Of a stretch of 64,000 nt of DNA, positions 1 to 12,666 are shown one piece after another. The notes beneath the pieces were generated by a model. The model had not been told where the DNA came from. It did not search any database and saw only the letters and a program-made list of their open reading frames with translations. The position numbers were made by a program, and so were the translations under genes. Within the stretch, counting starts at the first letter, position 1. Each line of letters opens with the position of its first letter. This DNA is from Epiperipatus broadwayi. Lineage: Eukaryota > Animalia > Onychophora. The stretch is from the NCBI GenBank assembly GCA_028023455.1, contig JAQFVV010000006.1:7564001-7628000 (forward strand), read 5' to 3'.

Positions 1-74
1 ATATCAAACTTCGAAAGTTAATTATTATTACGTTTTAAATACAAGTATATTTTATATACCTGGAGTCAGATATA

Positions 75-430
75 ATATAGAGGATTTGAACACAGACTTT
101 CAAGCTCCCTTCAGCCATCCACTTTATCTCATACAGCCAATACCCATGTGAAAAAGATAAATGATCTCCACTATATATATTTCATGCTGAACCAGCACTC
201 TTCTGTTGATCCAGCTAATCTGCCACATACATATATGATGTAATCAGTGCTTGGTTTATATTAAGATAACAAACCTTCACACTTTAATGGACATGCTTCA
301 ATCTACTCCATTGTCCAACTCTTTAGCCACCCATACCACTAAAAATCTGATGATGGAAAGTTCAAATCTCTTCATAATGACAATATTATTGCCATGTCCA
401 AGTTGACTTTAAGTTCATTAAAAATACATT
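75..430 (-). mobile_element. Family A hammerhead-bearing non-autonomous repeat (retrozyme-like), old copy with degenerate HHR at about 168-211
   Basis: Colinear with copies at 10320, 12261, 40255 and 48365 (gatttgaac.cagactttcaag ... catgctgaaccagcactc ... ctttaatggaca.gcttcaatctactcca). The core reads CAGAAGA instead of CUGAUGA on the minus strand. Confidence 0.85.
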
Positions 431-929
431 CAGACTTCTAAAAAATTTTAACATGTGGACATTGAAATCATTTAGAAAAATATCAAATAGATGTCTCATG
501 TGAAGAATGACTCTTTTGTAACTTGTAAGATACATGGGTGATGTTTATGACAGTTAAACAAGCAGCAGTTTCCAATAACATGAGGTCAAATTCAATGGGG
601 ATTTCTTGAAACTCATATAAAATCATACTCTAACATAATTTTTCACATGAATGAAAGTTTTTTTTTTTGCTTGATGTAATCTCTATTTACTTTTATTTCT
701 TTAATTTTCCATTTTACTTCACAAAATATTTCCTAATAAAACTATTATATAACATTTAGGGTATATGAAATCATTCCAACATATAGCTTTATCACTACTG
801 TTACTTTTTGATAAACAGTTTACATAAATTAACAATATTCTGTGTCTATAAGTAAATAAATGTAACATCTTTTCTTTAAAATATTGTTTATTTATACGTT
901 CATTACTTTTGCGATTCAATATGTTCAGC

Positions 930-1069
930 ATGTATTTCAACGAGCAAACAAAAGTCGCCTATCTGACTGACAATCTTAACTGGGGCTCATATTTGAGGCA
1001 TATGAGCGTGCTGAAAAAATCATGCTAGAGCTTATTTTCAGGTTAGGTCTTATTTGAGGGGAAATACAA
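930..1069. mobile_element. 3' end of a pogo/Tigger-like (Tc1/mariner superfamily) MITE
   Basis: Ends in ggtcttatttgaggggaaatacaata, resembling the ggtcttattttcggggaaacacggta terminus of pogo-like elements. The other end was not identified. Confidence 0.4.
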
Positions 1070-1074
1070 TATAT

Positions 1075-1690
1075 AAACTGAACAATGATAAAGATACATG
1101 TAAGAGACTGTGATCTGTCAACCAATGAGTACTAGTACATCTTAGGGATCATAATCTTTTTCACATCTCTGGTCATATGTTTATGATTGCACCCCTCCTC
1201 AGGGTGTTAAAAGTCGATAGAAACCAATCCCCACCTTACGTGGGAGTGGTGTAGTAAAAATTACACTACAGAAATATTATTCATTAAGTGAATAATCTCT
1301 AGTCTAATGAATGCCTAATAAAAATTATAAATATACTTCCATTAAGGGATTTGGGTCACAGTTGGGAGGGTAGTTAAATTTGACTCTTATTAATTAAACT
1401 GTAGTAATTGACTGTCTATTTATACAGAATAATGATAAAGATATGTGTAAGAGATTGTGATCTGGCCAACTGATGAGTGCCAGATCAGCATGAAATATGC
1501 ATTTGGGAATCATGCATCTTTTTCACCACTTTGGTCATGTATTTATGATTAAACCCCTTCACAAGGTGATAAAAGTGAATAGAAATCAGTCCCTATCTTG
1601 TTTGGGAGTGGTGTAGTGAAAATTACTCTACAGAAATATTATTCTTTAAATAGACCTCTAGTCTAATGAATGACCAATAAAAATTATTAG
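1075..1690 (+). mobile_element. Family B hammerhead-bearing tandem repeat, about 1.8 units, 347-bp period
   Basis: tgatctg at 1111 and 1458. Shared blocks follow in both units (aaaagt.gatagaaa.ca.tccc, gggagtggtgtagt.aaaattac.ctacagaaatattattc, ctctagtctaatgaatg). The unit 1 HHR has lost part of stem II. Confidence 0.85.
1464..1507 (+). ncRNA. Type I hammerhead ribozyme, near-intact (family B unit 2)
   Basis: CCAA CUGAUGA GUGC(cagauca)GCAU GAAA U AUGC A U UUGG. The core is intact, but the cleavage-site nucleotide appears deleted and stem II is partly mismatched. Confidence 0.65.
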
Positions 1691-1803
1691 TTATCTTGTG
1701 AAATTTGTTTAAGTCTGAGTTGTCTTTGAAGTCTGTAATAGTTGAAAATTATTTGCATGTACTAGCTTCAATTCGATAAGAGCGTTTTGGAAAATTAGGA
1801 AAA

Positions 1804-2320
1804 TCAAGAGCTAATACTGTCTTTCTTAATAGCTTTTGTCTTTCTTGTTTTGTGATAATACCATATTTTACATCTCACTAATTCGTGATCACTTCTTAGG
1901 TTTAATCTATTAAGTATCTTGAAAAACATATTTCTCTCTTCATCAAAATATACCGCAATTCTGCCAAACTTCCATTTTGATGCATCCATATTGAATTTTT
2001 CTCAAAAATTAATTCACAGTATACTATTTTTTTCTTCCACCTATTTGAGATAGGTATTTTTTCCCTCACTTCCATATTGGTATCCAAATTTGATAACAGC
2101 ACTTTATTTCAGCCATTTTCAAATTCTAGCATTAAAATCCCATACGATAATTTTAGAATGTTTATTCTATACATCTGGTTTACAATCCTCTAGTTCTTAA
2201 TTGCAATGAGAACTTATTGGGTCATAACCAAAATTTATCCCCATTTTGGTATCTTTCATTAAATTGTAATCTTGCCTCTCCATCTGAAAAACCATCAATC
2301 TCCACAATTTTAATGTTTTA
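1804..2320 (-). mobile_element. Decayed apurinic-type endonuclease (APE) region of a non-LTR retrotransposon
   Basis: Minus-strand frames give IIVWDFNARI (GDFNA motif), KNSIWMHQNGSLAELRYIL (WTW..PNG...EIDYIL-like) and SDHELVRCKI (SDH motif), with stops and frameshifts. Confidence 0.7.
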
Positions 2321-4020
2321 TTTTAATCTTAAATGAATCTCTCACATATGGTCCAATACTTGTGCTTTTATAGGAAAGCACATATTCATTTTTCAATTCA
2401 ACTGCACTATTATCTTCAAACCTCATAAAATCATAATAAATGACACTCCCCATCCCCCAGTTTCTAATTCTATACTTGCAGATAACTAAATAAAAAGTCA
2501 TCATCAAATGGCAGTCTAGTTTATAATTCAGCAATTTTGGCACCTTCTGCCTCCAATCTCCAACTTCTACCTGAGATGATAGCTTTGTAGCTTTAAGATA
2601 ATGGGGCCACTATCAATTTTTATCTGACATGATATATATAACCATTAAAAACCAGTCAACACTTACATAATACAGATAACAACCAACAATCACAAACTGT
2701 TGTCATGGCAACCTTCTTTTAACAATATATATATATCATTCACATGGACATTTATTCAGCTTTCAAGAAAATCCAACTAATGTTCTAGTTACAGAAACAA
2801 ACATGATATTTCCTAACCTTAAACTAACATAACAAATAAATAATCACATAATAATGACATCTGAATAAAAAAAAGCATGTAATTGATCATCAAAGATGAA
2901 TCAAAAGACCCCCTTTTAATCAGCAGCAAACATCTTTTTGCAACCATGGAAAAAATAAATCAACATAAATGTAAAACTTCTGTGTTTATGTATACATACA
3001 AGATGTAACAAAAATTAATTTTTAATAAACAACAGCTATTAATAAATATTCCATATACATAAATTAATGTCATTCAACCTTTTAAGTAGCAGCAAGATAA
3101 AATAATAATAATAATGTGAATGGCTATATATTATATGGTAGGGTAATGGGAATAATATAACCCTATACTGTTAAGTGCCCATTAATTGTGTAAGCTTATA
3201 ATAGATGGCTCTGGGATAAGTGAAAAAAAACTGCTCTTGGGTATCTTATAAGCACACGAGAAAGTGATAATATTGTTGCTATTAATCTTGAGAGCCAAAT
3301 GGTAGAAGAGACTAGCTACTCAAATTAAAATGAGGATCTGTAACATACGTACAAAATGATCTGATGTCAGATCTATATTACTATGCAAGTAAGTTAACCT
3401 GGGTTTAAAACCATCAGGTTTTCATTTCTGGACTGTTTAGGTTGAACTGCATAAAAAAATGGCAGCGGTATGCATTAAATCCTAATCCTAACTAATGAAA
3501 ACAAAAGCCAGAAACTATCCTGATATTATAAAACTGTAACATCTAAGTTTCCATTGGTTACTAAAGTTTCCAGTAGATGACTCTGTAACAAGTTGAAGGG
3601 AAATATTCTTGGTAATAATTCCAATCCAACATCCAAACCTTTTTATCAAACATGATCTGGTTTTTCAACAAGACTAACTATTCTGTGCCTTAAATTACAT
3701 TTTGCCTTGTATGTTAGGTATATAAGATGGAAAATAAACATTGTTTATTCTGTGCAGTTTACCATGGTACTAGGATTGTGGATTCAAGAGAAAATGGTTC
3801 CTCGATTGATTCTCAGCAAGAAAGAAAACTCAGTTTGGTCAATCATTCAAATGCTCCTCACAGGATAATTGAAAAGCTTGATAACAATGCCTCTTATTTA
3901 CTATTTCTCTGTGGAGGGGCTGATAGTTGATATTGTCTTAACATGGTTTATTTAAATGCTGCCTTAATTTTTATTATCTATTGAAAAACCAATTTTGATG
4001 AATAAACTATTGATGACAAT

Positions 4021-4415
4021 TCATCATCATCATTTTCAACCATTATCAATGCACTGCAGGATGAAGGTCTCTCCAAGGTTAATTCATCTTCTTTAATCTC
4101 TAGCCTCTCTTCCCCAAATCACCCCAGCACATTTCTTTATTTAATCCATAAATTTCATATGTGATCTTTTTTTTGTCCTTTACAATGTCTTGGAATCCAA
4201 GATTTCAATTGTCCATCTAGTATATGTCCAACCCAACTCCACTTCAATCTCTTAATTCCTTCAATGATGTCATTACCACCTGTTTGTTCTCCCACCCAGG
4301 ATATTTTGTTTTCAATCTATCCATACTTCTGTGAGACACCTGAAGTCTCTATTACTTTTCTGTTAAGTGTCCAAGTCTCGGATCAGTAAGTAAAAACTAG
4401 TAAAACACATTAAAA
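4021..4415 (-). mobile_element. 5'-truncated RTE-type LINE 3' fragment (same family as 17698-18270)
   Basis: Colinear with the 17.7-kb copy (cactgcaggatgaaggtctctccaag, cttggaatcca, cccaactccacttcaatct, ttaagtgtccaagtctc). (CAT)n tail at 4022-4033. Confidence 0.85.
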
Positions 4416-5664
4416 TACTTTATATATAAACACTGGATGTAGACTTCCATCTGGCAAATCATAGACGGTAGTTTGTCGAATCTTAGAAGAGAAGTGGTTA
4501 AAAAGACTCATTCATATAGTATATGCTAGTCAGAATAGTCTACTTATTTATGCATACGATTAGAACAATGAAGAACATTTACGAGACAAATCTGTCTTCG
4601 TTTTTAAAGTGTATACGTGCTTGCGCGTATGTTTATTTAAACCAGAGTCAAAATTCTGAGAAATAGATTTTTATCTTCTTTCGTTTCCATTTATTTTTCC
4701 GTTAGAATTTGAGATAAACAGTATTCAATTTCAAATTTATTTAAAACGATCCGGCCACTATTTTTCTCTAAATTTCAAAACACCGGCAGAAAAGGAAGAT
4801 TAAAAATACAGACACACACGTAGTCCATCAAAAAAAAAACTAATGCCAATCCATTAGCGAGTGAACATGCTTTTGATTAATAGACATTTAAAAAAAAAAA
4901 GGAATAGAAAAAGATTTGTTTATATATTTATTGTCAGAAATTATTATTATTACCAATGCTCGTAAACATATGTCAAAATTAATTGTGTCAAACTCTTGCA
5001 AAATTAAATTGTTACTTTAACTAAAAATGTCAAATAAATTTTTCATGACAACATAAATGTTTTCTTGGCAGAGAGAAAGAATCGTATTCCTTGGACTTCC
5101 AACTGTAAACGGATAATTAAATTTATGTTCTTATTTCACAGACATTATAAAATTAATAAACTAAATATTATTATAATAAAAAAAATTGATTTAATCTGAT
5201 TAGTGTAGAGAGAATTAAAGAAATGTTAATTTCACTAAAATTGAAGAAATGCCAAAAATCAACACATTGAAAGAAGTTCAAATTTCCTCACTTAAAAACA
5301 ATTAATATTAAACTTTTTCATTTCCTCCTTGATTGATTAAATGTCAACTACGAATTAAATGTAGGAGCTGTTTCTCGTTCACATATATGCATTTTATGAG
5401 AATAAACTTCATCATCATTATTTGTTAGCATCCACGTGTAAATGAATACAGGCGTTCCAATTCCAGAAAAAGAAAAAAAAAGATAAACAATAAAACATTA
5501 ACAATGGGACTAAGCAATCAGTCAATTACAAATCTATCCGAACTTCCCATGTGTTAATCTTTTTACGTCTTGTGAGCTATCTTTAAATTCGTTTACATTA
5601 AAATTTTGCTCTCTGGAAGACCTGAAACATCTTATTTAATTGTAGTTCATTACATTTTGTGTGC

Positions 5665-5764
5665 GGGTACATCTTCTGAATGAAGGCTGTTAATATTACA
5701 CCTTCCTATAAATAGGGTACATCTTCTGAGTGAAGGCTGTTAATATTACACCTTCCTATAAATA
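5665..5764. repeat. 50-bp tandem duplication
   Basis: gggtacatcttctga(a/g)tgaaggctgttaatattacaccttcctataaata occurs twice with one mismatch. Confidence 0.95.
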
Positions 5765-6989
5765 GAATCCGCTTCCCTCTATAAAAATCATGCTCAAATT
5801 TAACTTTTTTTTTTTTTTTAGGGAAACCGATTACTTAATTCACCCAAATCAATAAACCAAATATGATCAATGTAGGACGAAGAATTACTTGTCTAGTCTT
5901 ACTATCTTGTGGCAAATTTTGAAAATCTTATGAAACATCTCTAAATAAAACTTTTCCAGTGTCTTTATATTACTACATTCAAAAATTTAGTTAAGAAGAA
6001 TTATATATACATAACAACCCCATATAACATGCCATCACTTTTTTCTCTAGAACAACAACCATGGTTAACTTTTCACAAATAACTAAAGCGACTGACTTTT
6101 AAAGCAGCACAAATTAAATATGACAGGAGAGGCAATGAAGAATTACTTAAAATAAAATCTTAACTCTTAATATGCCTACACTTATAATTATCCTTAAAAT
6201 ATGACGAATAATTTGAACAACAATCATATATACAAAACCAGATAAAGATGAAAAACATGTTTATAAATTTGCACTTATGTTAACAATGTACTTTAAGAAT
6301 TGATTCTATATTGATGTGACACATGGTTTTTTTATTTGCCTTACATAATTTAATGGAGGCACTAGCAGAGTCCAAGGTCCATGCCTATCACTTCTGGTAT
6401 TCAAATTTCATGTGAATCCCTGAGGAATATCAACCATTTTGCTTTTTATTATTCAATATTTTTAAAATCAACAATTGAATAACAATTTGCTTTCACATAA
6501 CTCTTTTGCTTAGTTGTTTCTCGATTCCTCACTGAGACTCAATTAACTACTTTTTCAAAGAAACTCAATTTTGAATCAAAATTGCAGCTAAGTTTAATTT
6601 CGGACAAAAATTTTAACCAGAGTACTATGAATGGTTATATATTATCTCTTCAAGTTCTGACTATCAGCTTTCAATAAATAATTGATAGAATGATATGTTA
6701 CTCAGGAATTCAGAAAACATTCATGCACTAAAATAGATGGAGTTGGTCTGTGATATGTGGATACCAAGATCCAGAAGCCAAACATATAAATATGTAGCTA
6801 TTATATACTGCAAATGAAATTCCCCCCAAAAGGGCCAAATTTTTACTGTTGAGCACAGAAAACTGTAGATCGACTTCCCAGAACATTTTAAAACAAAATA
6901 TAAATTCTTTTGCAGAACCTTTTTTTTCTTTTCCTTTCTTGGTGGGGGGGGGGGGTTTGGTTAATCTCTCTTCTCCAAAAACACTCCTC

Positions 6990-7175
6990 TCAATTCAACT
7001 ACTTTTTTCTTCTTTTCTTCAAAAAAAAAAAAAAAACAAAAAAAAACAAACAACAAAAATATAATATGATTTTTTTTTAAACATAATTAAACACCAAATC
7101 CTAAACTAATTAATTGTTTTTTGATTTTTTTTTTTTTATATTTCTATATTTCATTTTTATTTTGGGGTTTTGTTG

Positions 7176-7208
<33 letters not shown>

Positions 7209-7310
7209 AAATTTTTATAATAAATTTTAATTTATTATTTTTTTTTGTTTTTTTTTTTTTTTTTTTTTCTTTTTATTTTAAATTAAATAAATTTAAAAAA
7301 AATACCTATG
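6990..7310. repeat. Poly-A/poly-T low-complexity tract
   Basis: Almost exclusively A and T runs; possibly poorly resolved sequence. Confidence 0.9.
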
Positions 7311-9177
7311 AATGACTTGGGATTCAAATGCAGGCCAAATAAAACTTGGAAATTTTTTCAACTCACAAGCATGTTAGGATTTCTCTTTCAGATAATTATG
7401 GCCAATCCAAGTAGCCATGCCATTACTAGTCACAACAAAATGGCTATCTAGTTGTAATTCATTAGAAAGTATAGGTAACCATGATATTTTAAAATTATCA
7501 AAAAAATTTCAATTATAAAACCTAAAAAATATGATCGTAATATAATACAGCCATCATTTCTAATGGTAATATCTAAGACCTGTGTTTAAATTGTTAATTT
7601 GCTGAATTCATTTTTTAATTCAACTTTGAAATGCATGAGAGATTTTAATATTTAAAAAACATCACAGTTAATAGCATTATTACATCTTACAAACAACAGA
7701 ATAGTTTGGAATATTTCTTCTATTGTCAAATAGCAATGTAGGTAAAATGTAAAAATAGTTCAAATGTAATTATTTATTGTCTCCTGAAACTGAGAAAGTG
7801 GGGGACTGTAGAGCTCAAAATTTCAGGATAGCTCTGTTATTTCCAGTACTCCAAACTTCTTACGAATTTCTAAATCAGCAGTCGCCAACCGATTGTCTGC
7901 AAGAAAATTTTCGTGGTCTTCAGAAAAGTCATGATATTATTTGCACTTTTTATGTTTATTAATAATTAAACAACAATTATATTCTAAGAAATTATTATAT
8001 TCTGAATGACAATTTTTGCCTTTATACTGCACAAAATTCATGAAATAAACTAGAGAGAGGGGGAAAGAGAGGCGCAATAATACCGAAGCGGCATTTATAA
8101 TTTTATATGAAATAAGTGCACTTCAAATTAATAAAATGGAAGTTCTCTGATCATTATTTTACAAATGTATTCATCTTTTTTTAAAAAATTATATTAGTGG
8201 TTTACAGAATTTAAAATTATGAATTTAGCAGTCTATGAAGTCTGAAACAACTGCTGCTGTTCTAAACCAATACTCCATTTGATTATTTGTCATGTGGTTT
8301 AGTGCAATGGTAGAAAGGCAAAATCTGAGATCATGGTCCATGATTCATAACATATCTGTCATTCCAACTGATTGAATTTCTTATGAACTCCAATGAGCTA
8401 TAAACCATCTGATAATATACATTTCCTAAGACAAGTAGACATTGTTTTAGCATTGACCACAATAACTATCACCAGCAGTGGAAGCTGCATCATTAACCTG
8501 TCATTGTTTCATTTTAGATAATATCCACTGGATACCCAGTTACTGACCGTATTCAGGTAGTTCACCAGTTGACTACCTGAAAGAAAAATACTACACTTGT
8601 GCCAGCATCCAGATGCTCTAACACTATAAGACCATTTTTCTTAAAAGAAATGATCCAGTAAGGTTTTATTTGTTAGTTGTTTTTTTTAAAATACAATTTA
8701 GCATATAGAAGATATGGTTATACATATTCTCCATTCTATATACTTTCATATATATATAAACAAAGGAAGTAAATCACCGTACTCCTAGTCTATGAATTAA
8801 AAGCACTACAAATACTCATCAAAGGATCAAGAACAGAATGAATCCACCTACTTTTGGAAACTCTGATGTTTATAAATATACCTTTGTCGACACTGTTGCT
8901 AATTCGAAGTGAAATTAATTTATCAGCCAGATGGAATATGGGATTTAAGAGTTATTAAACTCATAATCATTTATAGAAAGTTGGAGACAGCGTTTCTCTT
9001 TTAACACTTTGATTGTAGTGATTAAATAAGATTTAATATGTATATATATTCTACTGACTTTAACGAGTGCATAAATAAATTTACCGATTATCAAATATGT
9101 AATGCTAAGAATATAAACCTGTTCATGAAATAAATAAATCTGAATACACTACTAAAATAATTCCCAAATCAGATATT

Positions 9178-9330
9178 CCTAAGAATCATTTAAATAACTT
9201 TGTAAATAATGCCCCCCTTTTGCTATATCAAGGCGAATTAATTTTGTCAGATAAGTCTGACAAAATAAAATAGCATTGAGATAGCAAAAGTGGGCATTAT
9301 TTATAAAGTTATTTAAAAGATTCCTTGTGA
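9178..9330. repeat. Foldback palindrome, about 70-bp arms (MITE-like)
   Basis: aagaatcatttaaataactttgtaaataatgccc...ttttgtcaga / tctgacaaaa...gggcattatttataaagttatttaaaagattcctt, with a 4-nt centre. Confidence 0.85.
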
Positions 9331-10319
9331 TCTAGTTTGTGAACTATCAACAAAAATCAATATCTTGATTGGTAACTGCAAGCAAGACTCAAAATCACTA
9401 TGGGATTGATGGGTTTATTGACAAAATTACTTACGTTCTTTACGTTAGCCAATAATGTGGTATTTTACATATAACAAAGTTAAAATTATCTGAAAAATAA
9501 ATACATATTATGCCATTCTGTTTCTTTTTCCATAAATAAATTTTGCACATGATTCTAAAATTCAGAAAATTAGCATTATATATAATGAATCAAATGACGG
9601 AAAGAGAAAAATTCAGTAAATTTCTAATTCTAATAATCACAAAAGCAAGTCATATGTAACGTGACATTACTTTTATAAGCTTGTATTTACAAAAATGTAA
9701 TACAGAGGGCATACCAATAGCTCAAAGAAGCTCTTAATTGATAACTGCGGTATGAGAAAATATTTAAAATCTCTATCCAGAACCTTCCCATCTCCAGACC
9801 AACTGGTTTTCAGCTTATAACATTAATAAGATTCAACTGAACATGCTTTGGAATTTTAATTATTAAATACCTTTTTTTCTCTCTTCATCTTGATGACTGA
9901 TTGGTATAAGTCTGGTGTACTGCTCCAAAAGCATGCTCAGCTTAATATTTTATAATACATTTATTTTGTTCCATACACTGACGCATGTGTGATTTTGTTA
10001 TTTACAGATTATATATGAAGTTTAATTGATTTTATTTATATACATTTATACTTCACTTCATCTACATTCCTGCTTTTAGAAAGAACCTTTATAGCAATAG
10101 TGTTTTAATTAGTGGAGATGTGGGGAAAGCCTAAAATATGTGTGGATATTATTCAGAAATCTTTAGACAGAATAATATGTTCTTCACTTATCCTCTAAGG
10201 AGGACACTGAAACAATGTTATTTAAAATTAAATGTAAAAATAAAATTAATACATTATTTTTTAAAATTATTTACTTATTTAGAATATGTAATATCTGAAT
10301 ATAAGTATACTTTATGTAC

Positions 10320-11065
10320 TTGGGAGTTTAATTGTAATTATAGGGGATTTGAACCCAGACTTTCAAGCTCCCTTCAGCTATCCACTCCATCTCATACAAC
10401 CAATACACATGGCCACGCACATGTGAAAAAAATAAATGATCTCCACTATAAGTATTTAATACTGAACCAGCATTCATCAGTTGATACAAATCATTATCTC
10501 CCACACATATGCATAATCAGTGCTCGGTTTATATTACGGTAGCAAATTTTCAAACTTTAATGGATAGGCTTCTATCTACTCCACCCTCCAACTTTTTAGC
10601 CATCCATACCATTGAAAATCTGATGATGGAATGCCCAAATCCCTTATTGATGCCAATATCATCATCTTATCTATGTTGACATTAAGTCACTCTAACCTCT
10701 CATATGTAAGACCTTATTCATTTAAATACACAGAAGACAGATGGACAGGATACAGGTTGAAGTATATTTTATAGTTGAGGAATTTGAACTCAGATTCTTC
10801 AGTCTATTCATCTTCCACTTTATTTTAAGCAACCAATACCCATGACCTCATGCATGCAAAAAAAAAGATCCCTAATATATATATATTTCATGCAGTTGGG
10901 CCAGATCATAATCTTCCATATATATATATAATCAGTGCTCAGTTTATATTACAATAGCAATTCCTCAAACTTTAAGGGACAGGCGTCTATCTTCTCACCC
11001 TTCCAATTATTCAACTGACCATTTCATTGAAAGACCGACGATGGGATGCTCAAAGCCCTGGTTGT
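10320..11065 (-). mobile_element. Family A tandem array, about 1.7 units, period about 435 bp
   Basis: (g/a)atttgaac at 10346 and 10781. The unit 1 HHR (10441-10484) has GAAA changed to UAAA; the unit 2 HHR (about 10875-10900) has stem II deleted. Confidence 0.85.
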
Positions 11066-11245
11066 ATATATGTGTGGAAGATTACGATCTGGCCAAACTG
11101 ATGAGTGCTGGTTCTGCACAAAATACGTATATTGAAAATCATGTATCTTTTTCACATTTATGTGGTCATGTGTACCAATTGCTTGAGATGGAGTGGAGGA
11201 TGAGTAGATGGAAAAATCCTGAGTTCAAATCCCTCTATACAAGAA
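11066..11245 (+). mobile_element. Inverted partial family A copy fused to the tandem array; HHR at about 11092-11135 with G12A
   Basis: ctggccaaaCTGATGAgtgctggttctgcacAAAAtacgtatattga ... cctgagttcaaatccctctatac, the reverse complement of the family A left end. Confidence 0.85.
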
Positions 11246-12260
11246 ACATTCAGAATAAGTAAATTACACACTGCCTTAGAATTATTGAGAATATGGATAT
11301 TTGTTTTTTAGACAGCCAATTATTAACAAGAATAATAAAAAAACTGTAGACATAATAACAGAAGAAACACTAATAAATGGTTTTACAAAATCCTTTAACC
11401 CTACTATTGTATAAAAAGATATGACAATCACTACCTAAGAAAATCATGGCTTGAGTTTGGCCATGTTTACATAAGTCAAAGGCTGCTAAAATCCATTTCT
11501 AAAGCAGCAAATGAAGTAAGCATGGAAGATAATTAAACAATCAAGGAAACTCCAGTAATCTCTAGGATAATCAAATCCATTGTAAGATCTGCAGTATTTA
11601 CAAGCTTACAAAAAAGTCATTTCCTTATCGTAATCCGGCCGTTATTTGAAGAGATACTTGGTTAAACATTTATTCGCTAACCCAAAACAATTTTTTTTAA
11701 ATGTCAAATCTAACGAAAAAAGTGTTCAAGATTACATAACAGATGCAAAATTTGAAACTCAAGTGACAACAGATGATACTGAAATAGATGTCATGGTAGA
11801 AAAATTACAAAAATGGAGTCAGGATAGTATGAACTTATTAAACCAAAACCAGTAGGTAAGTTCTTGCACTTATGAGTAAAAAAACACACGACTAGTTAAA
11901 AGTAAAATTGGATGTAATTTTTCTGCTAAACTTTAGATTTCACTAATTTTCAACAAAAAACTCAATGAATCGAATAAAAAACTAGATGTAGTTGTTAAAT
12001 ATGATTATCGTTAATAAATTTGAAAGATATTACTTTTAAAAAACATGATATTCGGATATGAATAATGTTACTGGATATGAATGTTTGTTATGGAATATAA
12101 ACATTATTGGACATGGCTGACCTTACTGAGATAAATTACATTGCAGAGTATAAATTATGTTATTGGATATGAATGATATTGCTGAATAAAGGTTTGGGTG
12201 TGGATGATACTTCTTGATAATGGATAATATTACTGAGTTTGATAATGATATTAGTAGACA

Positions 12261-12666
12261 GGGTATGAGCACAGACTTTCACAAGACCCACCACTCTCCA
12301 CACTATCTCATAACACTGATACACCTGAACACACATATGTTGAAAAGATAAATAATCACCAATATACGTATTTCATGCTAAACCAGCAATCATCAGTTGG
12401 TCCAGATTACCATCTCTACACATATATGCTACAAGTGCTCAGATATATATTAAGATAGCAAATTCTCCTACTTTAATGGACAGGCTTCAATCTACTCCAC
12501 ACTCCAACTCTTCAACCATCCATCCAATTGAAAATCTGATGATGGAACGCTCAAAGGCCACCCTGAGGCCGAGATTATTGTCACACCCATGTTGACCTAA
12601 AGTCAATCTGACCCCTCATGTACAGGACATAATCCATTAAATACATATACAAGGGATAGGCAGACA
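12261..12666 (-). mobile_element. Family A full-length monomer inserted in the minisatellite
   Basis: Colinear over about 400 bp with 48710-49135 (reverse complement). Confidence 0.9.
12358..12401 (-). ncRNA. Type I hammerhead ribozyme, near-intact
   Basis: ACCAA CUGAUGA U-UGCUG GUU UAGCA-U GAAA U ACGU A UA UUGGU. Only the 10.1-11.1 pair is mismatched; the ACGU loop is palindromic. Confidence 0.8.

Noticed and set aside
7121-7315. Phe-rich ORF
   Set aside because: Artefact of poly-T low-complexity sequence.
8503-8579. Minus-strand exon candidate (SQLVNYLNTVSNWVSSGYYLK*)
   Set aside because: Short, ends in a stop, and cannot be linked to other exons or a known family.
10138-10542. ORFs overlapping family A (also 40166-40456 and 48341-48589) as a conserved small protein
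   Set aside because: The similar peptides arise only from the shared repeat, lie antisense to the ribozyme, start in unrelated flanks and are frameshifted between copies.
11646-11855. Acidic 69-aa ORF followed by a GTAAGT donor
   Set aside because: Non-ATG start, the stop precedes the donor, and no recognisable homology.
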